Below are positions 40,681 through 54,556 of a stretch of 64,000 bases of DNA, one piece after another (the stretch's first letter is position 1; each line of letters starts with the position of its first letter). The stretch is taken from assembly GCF_006345805.1 (NCBI RefSeq), contig NC_043024.1, positions 10,664,001 to 10,728,000 on the forward strand, read 5' to 3'. This stretch comes from Octopus sinensis. Its lineage: Eukaryota. Both the position numbers and the translations under genes were made by a program. Under the pieces are notes generated by a model. The model did no database searches. It was given only the letters and a program-made list of their open reading frames with translations, and was not told the origin of the DNA.

Positions 40681-42085
40681 TCATGACAACAATGGTAAAT
40701 AATAATAACAACAACAACAACAACAACGCCAACATCAATAATAATAAGTAATTATCATTCGGAAATATCAGTCAAAGACTGTTTGGATCTTGTTGAGTTT
40801 CCCAATTTCCACAATGTTGTCGGCGCTTTTGTTTCGGTTTCTTTCGGGTTCCTTTTGTTCGCTTTTTATAGAATGGCGTGCCATGGAGTGGCACGATGTT
40901 GGTTGGGATGAAACAAGGTGAGGTGTACTATAACGTGGTGCGGATGGTCGCAGCGTGATGCGCTTTGTTGCAACTTACAGTGACAATGCGTGATGTGACG
41001 CAACTTGGTGCAGTGTGGGGCGGTGTGCTGTTCTACGGCGTTAACATAGCATTGTGTGGGTTAATATGGTATGGAATGGTGCGGTAGTGCAGTTTTGTGT
41101 GGGGCGGTGAAGGACAATCCGTTCTTTGTGCTTTATACCTGTCGTATTTGACCTAATCTTTGTGTCTTAGTAAGAAACCTTTCAAACACAAAGCGAAAAC
41201 AAACACAGAATAAAAAAAAAACAAAAATACAGAAAAGAAAATTAAAAAAGAAAGGAAAAGAAAAGAAACACTTATTCTCTTTTGTGTTGTCTTTGACTTC
41301 TCGACCGATTCTTTGGTCTGCAAGTCTGGAAAAATCTCACAGTAATCATCACCAAGAGGCACTTAGAAAAGAGGTTCTTCCGGTCATCTTGTATTAACTG
41401 ACCAATGGCCAAAGGTGGCTGACATCTGTTCATTTTTCAAGTTCTTTTCATTTATGCATTGACCGTGTGGTGGGCGGGTGGGCGGCGGCGGTAGTGGTGG
41501 TGGTGGTGGTAGTGGTGGTAGTGGCAGTAGGTAGAAATAGGAGGTTGTTTTCGTGTTTTGTCTTACTACTACTACTACTACTACTATTTTCATTATTCCA
41601 TTTATCGCAATTGTTGTTGTTCTTATTATTATTATTATTAGAATTGTCAAAGCATCAGACAAAATGCTTAACGTTGTCTCTGCAGTCTGAGTTCAAATCC
41701 TGCCATCACCATCTTTGCCTTTTATCCTCCCAGGATCGATGAAATAAGGACCATTTCAATACTGGCATCAGTGTAATCAACAATCCACCCCTCACCCCCA
41801 AAATTTCAGACCTCGTACCTAAAAAAGGACTTTTGGTTGTTATTGTTGTTTTTGATATATTTTTAGAATCGTTAGAGCATCAGATAAAATCCTTGTGTTA
41901 TTTTTACATTCATCATCATCATTTAACGTCTGTTGTCCTTGCAGGAATCGGTTCGACGGTCTGTGCCAATGCCAACTTTGCCTTTCATCCTTTCAGACTC
42001 AGTACCAGTTGCGTACTTGGGTCAAGTATTATCAACTAGCCTCATCCCCTTAAATTCCAAACCTTGTGCCTACAGTAGAAAGAAA

Positions 42086-42123
<38 letters not shown>

Positions 42124-43713
42124 TATTGAGTGAGAGAGCAGTTCATGCCATCAAAGTGACACTGAGGTACAAATATACGAAGCCCAGTATACCCATCATG
42201 ACTACCAGTCTGATAAGGGTACACCAGGCACATGCATCACAACCATATGTGCGCGACATGGTGATCTCATATCAAGATAAACAGCACATGACCTTGTAGG
42301 TTGCGGCCCAGTTAGAATTTTCTTCTGGTCGAGTAACCCATCCCGCTCAAAAGGTCCCTGAATAAGGATTGTTTAAGGATGTTGAACGAAACACCCATGT
42401 TTCCAGAGGTGAATCATTCAAACCCCAAAGAATCCCTCTCAACACGTGGCTATGATGCTCCCCCACTACTTCTGCTCGTGATCAGAGATGCACATATCGT
42501 CAGCCACTAAGGGACATGCTCAACTGGTTAAGGTCAAACAACTGACAAGCAAATCTGTGGTATTGAGCAGAATATTTGCTGTAGCCCATCTTTTATACCA
42601 AGACAAAACACTGTACATGATAACACTTCCAATCAGTTAAGATCAGAAGCCATGAGAGCCACTGCTTGCTACTGCATCAGGGCATTTATTATTATCATTA
42701 TTATTATTAATAATATTACTATTACTATTATTATTATTATTATTTAAGGCGGTGAGTTGGCAGAATCGTTAGCACGCTGGGCAAAATGCTTAGCAACATT
42801 TCATCCATCTTTACGTTGAGTTCAAATTCCACTGAGGTCGACTTTGCTCTTCATTCTTTCGGGATCAATAAAATAAGTACCAGTTGTATACTGGGGTTGA
42901 GCTAATTGGCTGTCCCCCTCCCCCAAATTTCAGACCTTGTGCCTATGTTAGAAAGAACTATTATTATTATTATTATCATTATCATTATTATCATTATTAT
43001 TATTATTATTATCATTATTGATGTGTCAAACTGGCAGAAACAGTCTTCCAGTTCTGAGTTCAAATCTCACTGAGGTCAGCTTTTACCTTTTATCCTTTTG
43101 GGGGTCAATAAACCATAAAGCAAGCCAAGTGCTGGGATTAATGGTACCAACTAATCTCTTCACTGGGATTAATGGTACCTACTAAATCCCTTCTCTAAAA
43201 ATTGCTTGCCCTGCATCTAAATTAAAAGCAATAAATTTTTAAGGCCTTGAGCTGACAGAATCATTCAAACCCCACATCTCAAAGTGAGGGGTGCCACCCA
43301 CTAAGACATGATTTAGGATTTTGTATGAGTACCTCAAAGGGTGGGGTACTATCCCATGAGGTGTGATAAAGAATTTGTATGAATATTCTCGAAGTGGCGT
43401 GTGCCAACCCCTGGGGTGAATTTAAGAAATTTTTTATGAGTACCTTCCAAAGGTGGGGTACCACCATGCGAGATTTACTCTTTACTCTCTTTTACTCTTT
43501 TACTGGTTTTAGTCATTTGATTGTGGCCATGCTGGAGCACCACCTTTAGTCGAACAAATCGACCCCAGGACTTATTCTTTATAAGCCTAGTACTTATTCT
43601 ATCGGTCTCTTTTGCTGAACCTCTAAGTTACGGGGACGTAAACACACCAGCATCGGTTGTCAAACGATGTTGGGGGGACAAACGCAGACACACAAACATA
43701 TACACACACACAC

Positions 43714-43750
<37 letters not shown>

Positions 43751-44282
43751 CGACACGCTTCTTTTCAGTTTCCATCTACCAAATCCACTCAAAAGGCTTT
43801 GGTTGGCTTCAGGCTATAGTAGAAGACACTTGCCCAAGGTGCCACACAGTGGAACTGAACCCAGAACCATGTGGTTCGTAAGCAAGCTACTTACCACACA
43901 GCCACTCCTACGTCTATTTGATTAAGAATTTCATATGAGTCCTGGAGACAAAGCAGTGGTGGTGGGGGTAGTGTATGCACGGGTGGGGATGGCAACTGAT
44001 GCCTCTGTATATTTTCTGTTTTTGTTTTTGTATTTTATTTAAATATTAAATTTTAATAAAACACCTTAAATATAACGTGACGAATGAGTCGTTAGCCACA
44101 ATCACTAAAATGACATCCAAAATAAGGACAGCAAAAAACGATAATAATTCTTTCAAAAAGTGTGTAAATGGACAAAAACTGGACACTTGCTGTCTAAGTG
44201 TATAGCATTTTCTTATAGCAGTGCTGTGGCTAATAATTGACTTCTGATCTTAACTAATTTAGTTAGTTAGTTAGTTAATTTT

Positions 44283-44640
44283 TGGGCTCAAAAAGCAAAA
44301 ACCAAGGCCATGTAGGGGGACATGGAGTTATGTACAGGGTGGTGTTCATGTAAAGAGTTCAGGCCACTTGAGGTCAAGGGAGACTTTGAACCGAGCGGTC
44401 GTTGGCATCTTCACCATCTCGTCTGGCAGCTTATTCCACGGATCTGCAACCCGGACAGAGGAAGCTCCTCTCCTTCGATTGAGATGAAATCGTCGCAGAT
44501 AGAGCTTTTCGGAATGACCCCGCAGCCGACGCTCTGGAGCAGGAGTGAAGAACAGAATTGGAAGTATTGAGTAGCATTTTTCAATCGAAGTCGGGTGTAG
44601 AGGTTTTGTTGGACACAGTGTGAGGTGACTATTGTTATCG
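44283..44640 (-). mobile_element. CR1-type LINE 3' end
   Basis: Minus strand LRGHSEKLYLRRFHLNRRRGASSVRVADPWNKLPDEMVKMPTTARFKVSLD, the typical CR1 C-terminal TRGH...WNxLP pattern. Confidence 0.7.
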
Positions 44641-45781
44641 TTAGGCTTAATGATAATATTATCATCGTTTAACGTCCATTTTCCATGCTAGCATGGGTTG
44701 GACGGTTTGACCGGGGTCTGGGAAGCCAGGGGGCTGCACCAGGCTCCAGTCTGATCTGGCAGTGTTTCTGCAGCTGGATGCTCTTCCTAACGCTAACCAC
44801 TCCATGAGTGTAGTGGGTACTTTTTACGTGCCACCGGCACAGGGGCCAGAGGAGGCTGGCAATGGCCACGATTGGTTGGTGCTTTTTACATGCCACTGGC
44901 ACAGGGGCCAAAGGAGGCTGGCAAACGGCCACGATTGGTTAGTGCTTTTTACATGCCATTGGCACAGGGGCCAGAGGCGGCTGATAACGACCAAGATTGG
45001 TTGGTGCTTTTTACATGCCACTGGCACAGGGGCCAAAGGAGGCTGGCAAACGGCCACGATTGGTTAGTGCTTTTTACATGCCACTGGCATGGAAGTCAGT
45101 CAAGGCGGCACTGGCATCGGCCACGTTCGGATGGTGCTTTTTATGTGCCACTGGCACGGAGATAACAACTACAATTTCCATTTGATTTTCATTTTGATGT
45201 TGATGTACTCATCTAGACATCATGTGATGGTTGTAAATGAGCATCACCTACATTCAAGTGGGGTTGTTCAGTCCCAGTTTTCTATAAAAAACACATCGGG
45301 CCGTGGGGAGATATTATTTTGCTTGGAAACAGGTGAGGGTTAGTGACAGGAAGGGCATCCAGCTGTAAAAAATCTGCCTCAACTGTCTGACCCCAACAAG
45401 CTTGGGAAAGTGGACATTGATGATGATGATGATGACATCAAAGGAAAGGGAGAAAGGGCCTTAGCTCATAACAGGGGAGTGTTGAAAAAGTGTTAATAAA
45501 AGAAAAGAGCTGATAGGCAATAAAATATGGAGAAACACGGTGTTGGAGCATCAGACAAAATGCCATTGAAAACCCACTCGGGTTGACCTTGCTTGTCTTC
45601 CTTTTGGTGGGGGTTGATAAAACAAAGTACCAGTCAAGTATGGGAGGGGGTCATGTCATCAAGTAACACCCCCACTCCACACACACTCACACACACACAA
45701 AATTGTCAGTGGGAAGAATCATTAGCATGGCAGATAAAATGGTTGGCAGCTTTTCTTCTCGCTCTTTTGATCTGATTTCAA

Positions 45782-46006
45782 TTTTTGCCGGAGTCAATCT
45801 TTTCCAGAGTCAATTTTTGCCGGAGTCAATCTTTGCCGGAATCAATCTTTGCCGGAGTCAATCTTTGCCGGAGTCAATCTTTGCCAGAGTCAATCTTTGC
45901 CGGAATCAATCTTTGCTGGAATCAATCTTTGCTGGAGTCAATCTTTGCCAGAGTCAATCATTGCCGGAATCAATCTTTGCTGGAGTCAATCTTTGCCAGA
46001 GTCAAT
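45782..46006. repeat. 16-bp minisatellite (tttgccggagtcaatc)n, about 14 copies
   Basis: Direct reading; lies between a SINE-B head and tail. Confidence 0.9.
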
Positions 46007-46164
46007 ACAGTTAAATACTGGGGTCAATCTAACTGTCTAAAACCCCAACTCCCTAAAATTGCTGGTCTTTTTTTTTATTATTATTATTGAGTGAGAGAGT
46101 AGTGTACGCCATCAAAGTGACACTGGGTTACATATATATGAAGCCCAGTATACTACCTGTAGAC

Positions 46165-46450
46165 TATATGATTTATTGTTTCTTGTCCATCTCCACATAT
46201 TCTGCAGTTACTTGCTATGTTTCTTTTCATTAAATGTTTTTGGTAATTTCTGGTGGGGAGGCTTTGGTCTTGTGCTGCAATTAAAAATCCCTCTGTCTCT
46301 GCTTTGAGTCCTGAGCTTCTCAACCATTGCTGGGATTTTTCACTGCCTATTTCTTTTGCATTTAGTTTAGCCCAGTATTTGCCAGGAAGGGGCTTCTCTT
46401 GCCTACTACTATTATTATTACTGAGGTTTCGCCTGTTATTGAAAAAGGTA
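46165..46450 (-). mobile_element. Dong/R4-like LINE fragment (zinc-knuckle region)
   Basis: GLKAETEGFLIAAQDQSLPTRNYQKH...CRICGDGQETINHI. Confidence 0.75.
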
Positions 46451-46837
46451 TTATAAAAGGCATCCAGCCGTAGAAACACTGCCAGATCAAACTGGGCCTG
46501 GTGCAGCCTTCTGGCTTCCCAGACCCCAGTTGAACCGTCCAACCCATGCTAGCATGGAAAGCGGACGCTAAACGATGATGATGATGATGATGATGAAAGG
46601 GGCTCTCTAAGCCGCTTTTGACCAGGCTCCCATTGGCTTTTATGGGGTTTTTTCCACCAGGAACCTTTCGTAACGCCTCCCCCTATTGGGAGTTTTTCGT
46701 TGTTATATTATTTGTTACACTATTTTTACACGATTTTTTCACAAACGGACAAAACCCTTTCTAACCTTTTGTCCTGTTTTGTCCCTTTATGTTTTCCAAT
46801 CATGTTTGTCAGCCCTTGTGGCCAATAAAAAGAATTA

Positions 46838-46888
<51 letters not shown>

Positions 46889-47284
46889 GAGTGAGAGAGC
46901 AGTGCATGCCATCAAAGTGACTATTATTATTGTCATTCTTATTGTCATTATTATTATTATTATTGTCATTATTATTATTATTATTATTATTATCATTATT
47001 ATTATTATTATTATTATTTATATTTATTTATTCGTCTATTTTTTTTTCTTTTTGTTGTTTGTCTCATTACTATTATTTATGTGAGAAATCATTATTGTTC
47101 TCTCTGTCTGCCCCTCCCCCCTCTCTCTCCCTCTCTGTTTCTTTCCCTTCTCTCTATTATCATTATTGTTGTTGTTGCTGTTGCTGTTGTTGTTGTTGTC
47201 ATCGGGCATAAAAGCCATTGTATGTCATGAGAATGGTAAAAGTCCTCCTTATGCTGATTAACAGTATTGTTCCTGCTACTGCTG

Positions 47285-47316
<32 letters not shown>

Positions 47317-48607
47317 GCTATTGCTGTTCTTATACCTGTTGCGCTTGTCATTGTATTGTTCTGTGGAGATACCTGTAAACGATAATTGCTTCATGGCTTT
47401 GTCGCCGCCCCACGACCTGTTGTTGTTGTTTTCTATGTCTGCCTTGACAATTAGGTTTACCTTTAGCAGACTGACAACAACAACAACAACAGCAGCAACA
47501 ACAAAATGTATAATAAAAATAGTGACAGCAACAACAACAATACCAACAACAACAACAACAACAAGACAACAGGGAAAGACAGCTTCTTGTTTATTTTTAC
47601 ATTATTTTTTTATTATTTTTTTTATTTTGTGTTTCGTTTATTTGGTTTTTTTTATTGTACTTTTATTTTACTTTTCTTTAATTTTTTTACCTCTGCCTCC
47701 TCCTCCTCTCCACCTCCTCCTCTTCGCCCCCTCCCACTCCCCCTGCCAATTTGCTTTTGACAAACATTCTTTGTCTCTTCATTCTTTCAGTGTCTTTATT
47801 TCCACACAAACACACACACACACACACGCATACACATACAGATACACATACACACACACACATACACACATGCATTCACTCATATAAGCATGCACGCACA
47901 CACACACATGCATACATACACACTGCTGCACACATGACACACGTTCCCATACACACACAGTCACATATTTCCATACACACATACACACGAACACACACAC
48001 GCACATACACACATGCACAAATACTCACACATATGCACACACACACACATACACACAAACATTCACTCATATAAGCATGCACACACACACACATGAATAC
48101 ATACACACTTCTACACACATGACACACGCCATATATTCCCATACACACACACACACACACTGTCATGCACAAGTACTCACACATATGCACATACACACAC
48201 ACATACACACAGGAATTCACTCATATAAGCATGTACACGCACAGGCATACATACACACTTCTACACACATAACGCATGCCATATATTCCCATACACACAT
48301 ACACACGAACACACACACTCAGACCAAGATACACACACATATACATGCATTTACACACTCTTATACACACATACTCACACATTCGCACAAATACACACAT
48401 ATACATGCACTCATATACACAAACACATACATATAAACAAGCACACACACACACATACACATGCATGCACATACACACATACACACATACACACATACAC
48501 ACATACACACAGATACACATACATTCACACAAACACACACAGTTGCACATTTTTGCACAGATGCACATACGAGCATACAAGCACTCTTGTACACAGTCAC
48601 ATCAATA

Positions 48608-49125
48608 TATTAGGTTGGCAACTAAGTTCCCGCCGTTCCTTTAGATTAAAATTTTTTTAAAGGTTTAATAAAATATAACAATTAATTAATCAATAATGTA
48701 TTCACCGTATCGGTGACATGTAATAGCACCAACCGATCGTGGCTGTTTGCCAGCCTTCTCTGGCCCCTGTGCCGGTGGCATGTAAAAAACATCCACTACA
48801 CTCATGGAGTGGTTGGCGTCAGGAAGGGCATCCAGCTGTAGAAACACTGCCAGATCAGACTGGAGCCTGGTGCAGCCTCCATGGCTTACCAGACCCCAGT
48901 CAAACTGTCCAACCCATGCTAGCATGGAAAGCAGACGCTAAATGATTATGATGATGATGATGATGATGTATTCACCCTTGTTGTTTACAACTTCTTCCTA
49001 ATGTTCAACAAGATTTTCAATACCTCCTTGGTAGAAATCACCCTGATTTCCACTCAAAAAATTGTTCCAACCAAGCTCTCAATTCTGCATCAGTATTAAA
49101 GGAAACTCCGTGCATTTTTGGGAAG
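48608..49125 (-). mobile_element. Mariner 3'-end fragment interrupted by a retroposon
   Basis: TIR-like tattaggttggcaac at about 48608; minus strand encodes ...GEYIID*. An insertion (48707-48965, (GAT)n tail) is flanked by the 11-bp duplication atgtattcacc (48696-48706 and 48966-48976). Confidence 0.75.
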
Positions 49126-50367
49126 GGAGCCAGTCAATTAGATTGACCCCTGTACGCAACAGGTACTTAATTTATCGGCCCCGAAAGGATGAAAGGCAAA
49201 GTCGACCTCGGCGGAATTTGAACTCAGAACATACGAACAGACGAAATACCGCTAAGCATTTCGCCCGGAATGCTAACGTTTCTGCCAGCTCGCCGCCTTA
49301 CATATACTCACATATAGAAACACATACACTCACTCACTCGCACACACACACACACCACACACACACACGTATAGTCATATAAATACAGACTCAGTTGCAT
49401 ATGCACACACATCTACGCACATGCATCCACAATCCCATTCTCTCGTTCCCAAACATCCCTTTTCCTTCTCTTCTTCATTCTTCCATCCTCTTTACTCCTC
49501 CTACTGCACCCTTTCATTCCTTCACCTCTCTCATTCATTCCTTTACCCACGCTCATTTATTCCTTCTCCTTCAGCCTTTCACTTCTTCTCTCTCCGTCCT
49601 TCTCTGTTTTCCTTTCTCTTTTCTCTCTCTCTCTCTCTCATTCTCCCTATGTTTCGTTCTTTCACTCTCTTAATTCATCCTAATACACATGCATACACAA
49701 ACAACTACACAGAGCTTGTCACTTCTCAATTCCTTCATCAACATTTCTAGAACTTCATGGTCTCATCTTCTGGATTAAGTAATGTTGGAGTGTATTGCCA
49801 CCTGCCTCTTTCTAATAAGTAGTGATCGGTCTAGATATTTTGGCCAGAATTTGAGTTTTAGCCATTAGACTTATACATCATTAGTTGGGGGCTTATAAAA
49901 CGACTATAAAAGTATATGTGTGGTTGTGTATGTGCCCCTGTGGGTGTGTGCACATGTGCATGTCTGTGCACACAGGCCACATGGTGTTAATTTTACAGCC
50001 CTACTGTGTTGTATCGTACAACCAAAGCCTTGTAAGTGGATTTGGATTGATGGCATATTACTTTGAGTATGAATAAGGTTTTGGTTCACCCAGGTCTACA
50101 GTAGAAGGTACTGGCCCTAAGTGCCACACGGCAGGATTGAACCAAGTTCACATGGCTAGGAAGCATGTTTCTCGACCACAGCTCTGCACCTGTAATGTAA
50201 TTTATAATGTACTTGAAAAGAGCAGCCATTTTATCTCATCAAATTTCAGTAATTTTATGTTGTTTTTATATATTTATATTTTTTACCTTACTTTACTTTT
50301 TCTTCCCTTCTCTCTCTCTCTTCTCTCTCTCTCTTTCTCCTTCTCACTTTTACTCATTTTCCTCCAG

Positions 50368-50607
50368 TATCCTTTTTGCTGACATCTGTGGCTTCACGGA
50401 ACTCTCCTCCGAGTGCACAGCCAAAGACTTGGTGCAGCTCCTCAACGAACTGTTTGCACGATTCGACCGCTTGGCCAACGAGAACCACTGCCTTCGTATT
50501 AAGATCCTTGGAGACTGCTACTACTGTGTGAGTGGCTTACCAGAATCCAGACAAGACCATGCTCACTGCTGCGTTGAAATGGGACTAGATATGATTGATG
50601 CCATTGG
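50368..50607 (+). CDS. ADCY5: Adenylyl cyclase C1a catalytic exon
   Basis: 240 nt, phase 2/2. ILFADICGF...[16 protein letters not shown]...[16 protein letters not shown], with both metal-binding aspartate motifs. Donor GTAAGT at 50608. Confidence 0.97.
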
Positions 50608-51638
50608 GTAAGTGGTTACTAATTCTACTTATCGTCATCTTGGTTTGGATTAGAGGGAATATTTTCAGATATTATTTTAGATGATATTGAAATATCATAT
50701 TTAGAAGCTTAACAAAAAATACCTTCAAAACTAGTATAACACATCATATGCAATCAAAAACAAACTCTTTATTAACTTTGTTTTAGTATACATGAAAGTA
50801 TAAATATATAAAGCAATGATGTTATTATAAAATGACAGAATATTGTCAAGAAAATCAAGCCATATAAGGATAGAAGCAAAAGATGTGTTTTCTGCATTGC
50901 AGAAAAATACAAACTATGAGCTATACCATCTAATTTTGAGTACAAGATAAGAGACTTTCTCTACATGCATACACAAACAGAAATTCAGCATCTCATCTTT
51001 CTAACACATTTTCTCTTCAGTTCAGGCATAGCTCTGTGGTTAAGAAGTTTACTTCGCAACCACATAATTTTAGGTTCAGTCCCATTGCATAGCACCTTAA
51101 ACAAGTGTATCATAGGGGCATTATGGGAGGTGCTGAGTGTTTAGAGGGGCCAGGATTTTTCTTAGATATAAAATGTTTAAATCTAGTCCAATGCATATAT
51201 TTCAAACACCTTTTCAAAAAAATTTTTTGCCAGGATTCTGATGATACAAGCCTGCATGAGAATGCTCTGGTTCTATATCTTAAGCTTTCTTGTTTAAAAA
51301 CGATTGAATTGAAAACCTTCCACCAAACTTTCATACTAGTTTCTTTCAAACATCAACTTATTAATGACTAAGTTATTTAAAGTTTAAATTAAAACCTTTG
51401 ACCCCGCAACACTATATAAATTCTTTACTGGGAATGACCAAGTTTAAAAACTGCTGGATCTCACTCATATAGGTGCAGGAGTGACTGTGTGGTAAGTAGC
51501 TTGCTTACCAACCACATGGTTCCGGGTTCAGTCCTACTGCGTGGCATCTTGGGCAAGTGTCTTCTGCTATAGCCTCGGGGCGACCAATGCCTTGTGAGTG
51601 GATTTGGTAGACGGAAACTGAAAGAAGCCCATCGTATA

Positions 51639-51702
<64 letters not shown>

Positions 51703-52155
51703 ATGTGTTTGTGTGTCTGTGTTTGTCCCCCCACCATCGCTTGACAACCGATGCTGGTGTGTTTACGTCCCCATCACTTAGCGGTTCGGCAAAAGAAACC
51801 GATAGAATAAGAACTGGGCTTACAAAAGAATAAGTCCCGGGGTCGATTTGCTCGACTAAAGGCGGTGCTCCAGCATGGCTGCAGTCAAATGACTGAAACA
51901 AGTAATAGAGAGAGAGTAAGGGAATCTTACATTGCATATAAACACTATATTTGGAAGGACCCATTTTAAACTCTGCTGGACTTTTGGACTTTACTCATAG
52001 GATATTGTAATATTGCATATATACCATTATGCCTATAAAACGGATTTACAACTTCAATACCCATACATATCCTGCATCTATTTTCTTTCCTCCACCTCAC
52101 TCTCTATTTTGTATGACATCTAAACTAACTATGACTTAACCATCCTCTCATGCCA

Positions 52156-52205
52156 TCTCTGACAAAGGGATATAATTAATAAATATCCTAGAAACAGCTG
52201 TAAGA
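52156..52205 (+). ncRNA. Degenerate hammerhead motif (G8 to A)
   Basis: UCU-CUGACAA-A-GGGAUAU...AUAUCCU-A-GAAA-CAGCUG-UA-AGA. Palindromic CAGCUG, GUA triplet; CUGACAA is consistent with CpG decay of CUGACGA. Confidence 0.45.
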
Positions 52206-52273
52206 CCTTCTATCTATAAATGCTCTAATATCTATACAGCCTTGGTTTTTTATTTTATTACGAAAAAATTTCT

Positions 52274-52307
<34 letters not shown>

Positions 52308-52451
52308 CACATATATATAATATACATATATACACACACATATATATATATACATATATACACACACACATATATATATATATTATATATATTATATATA
52401 CACACACATATATATATATGCATATATATATGCATATATATATATATATGC

Positions 52452-52511
<60 letters not shown>

Positions 52512-52526
52512 ATATATTATATAGGT

Positions 52527-52566
52527 AAGAAATTTGAAAAGCTGAACGCGAAACCGGTCATTTCTT
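52527..52566 (+). ncRNA. Minimal type I hammerhead ribozyme motif, U3-A8 variant (sense strand, intronic)
   Basis: AAGAAAU-UUGAAAA-GC(UGAAC)GC-GAAA-CCGG-UC-AUUUCUU: perfect 7-bp stem I, compensated U3-A8 core, palindromic ACCGGU, GUC triplet. Stem II has only 2 bp. Confidence 0.6.
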
Positions 52567-52749
52567 CTAAACTATGTCATTGTACGAAAAAAATTTATAA
52601 CATTCTTCAGACATAATGACTCAAATATATATTTTTTACCTTTTAAAAAAAGCCTTCTCTAGTTTTTCACTTTTTACTATTTTCTATATATATATAAATA
52701 TTATATATATATATAATATATATATATATACATATATACACACACACAC

Positions 52750-52799
<50 letters not shown>

Positions 52800-53445
52800 T
52801 AATATATATATACACACCAGTGCAGTTTGCTGTCAATTTGAAATGTTAGTTTTATAGTTTGGTTTATGTTTAGAATTTTTATCTGTCAATCATTTATATT
52901 TTTTGGCAGTTTAAATCTTCCAAATATTTCAACAATTGCTAAGTTTCAGCCACCACTTCACCACTTCTTCCCAAATATTTAGAATATTTTTAAATAGAAG
53001 CTTTGTTGTATTATTTTGATTTTTTTTTTCGCTGTTGTTGTTGTTGAGTTTGAATTTATAGTTATCCAGTATTTTCACTTTTCTTCATTGATCTTAAATT
53101 ATTTATCATTATTATTATTATTATTATTACTATTATTATTATTATTATTATTATTACTATTATTATTATCATTATATTATTATTATTATTATATGTTTGA
53201 CTTTTGCTTTGTATTTGTACAAGTTGGCTCCAAGTCTCACCCAGAGACCTCAAGAGACAAAAGGTTGGAAGTTCATGTTGTTGTTATGCCTAGTGTGCCA
53301 TATATTTGGGGGGGGGGAGTTTTTGGTGTTGTACTAATGAATGTCTAAAAAAAAAAAATTTTTTTTTTTTAAACCAAAAATTATGTTTGTTTTAAACCTT
53401 GAGATTACATAAAAAGTATTTTGCGTAGGATATGAACAGTTCCCA

Positions 53446-53499
<54 letters not shown>

Positions 53500-53581
53500 C
53501 ATTATTGTTGTTGTTGTTATTAATATTACTATTACACACACATATGTATGTGTATGTGTGTGTATATATATATATATATGC

Positions 53582-53682
<101 letters not shown>

Positions 53683-53773
53683 GTATGTGTGTGTATATAT
53701 ATATGTATATGTTATCTGTCTGTCTATCTATCTATCTATCTATCTATCTATATCATTTATTAAATATTTTCAG

Positions 53774-53932
53774 CCTTGTCCGTGCTGTCACACAGACTAA
53801 CGTCGATATGCGTGTTGGAATACACAGTGGCCGAGTACACTGTGGTGTGTTGGGTTTACGCAAGTGGCAGTTTGATGTGTGGTCTAATGATGTGACCTTA
53901 GCCAATGCAATGGAAGCTGGTGGTCGGCCAGG
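53774..53932 (+). CDS. ADCY5: Adenylyl cyclase C1a exon
   Basis: 159 nt, phase 2/2. [52 protein letters not shown]; donor GTGAGT at 53933. Confidence 0.97.
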
Positions 53933-54215
53933 GTGAGTATATAACAAACAAACACATGCACACAGACCCACACACACACATATATATATATATGTACTCT
54001 TTACTCTTTCACTTGTTTCAGTCATGTGACTGTGGCCATGCTGGAGCACCGCCTTTAGTCGAACAAATCAACCACAGGACTTATTCTTTGTAAGCCTAGT
54101 ACTTATTCTATCAGTCTCTTTTGCTGAACCGCTAAGTTACAGGGGCGTAAACACACCAGCATCAGTTGCCAAGTAATGTTGGGGGGAGGGGACAAACACA
54201 GACACACAAACATAT

Positions 54216-54276
<61 letters not shown>

Positions 54277-54556
54277 CATATATGCGACGGGCTTCTTTCA
54301 GTTTGCATCTACCAAATCCACTCGCAAAGTTTTGGTTGGCTTGAGACTATAGTAGAAGACACTTGCCCAAGGTACCACACAGTGGGACTGAACCCGGAAC
54401 CATGTGATTGGGAAGCAAGCTTCTTACCACACAGCCATTCCTGCACCTATATATATATAACGGGAAAGTTAACGAAAATAAACAAAAGACGAAGGCAGGT
54501 GGAGTACAAACAAACAAATGTATTAGAATAGCACTCAGGAATAGAAATAGAACAAG

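Noticed and set aside
45782-46006. Regular short repeats resembling a CRISPR array (also 61041-61670 and 26860-27530)
   Set aside because: No unique spacers, no cas genes, eukaryotic intronic context.
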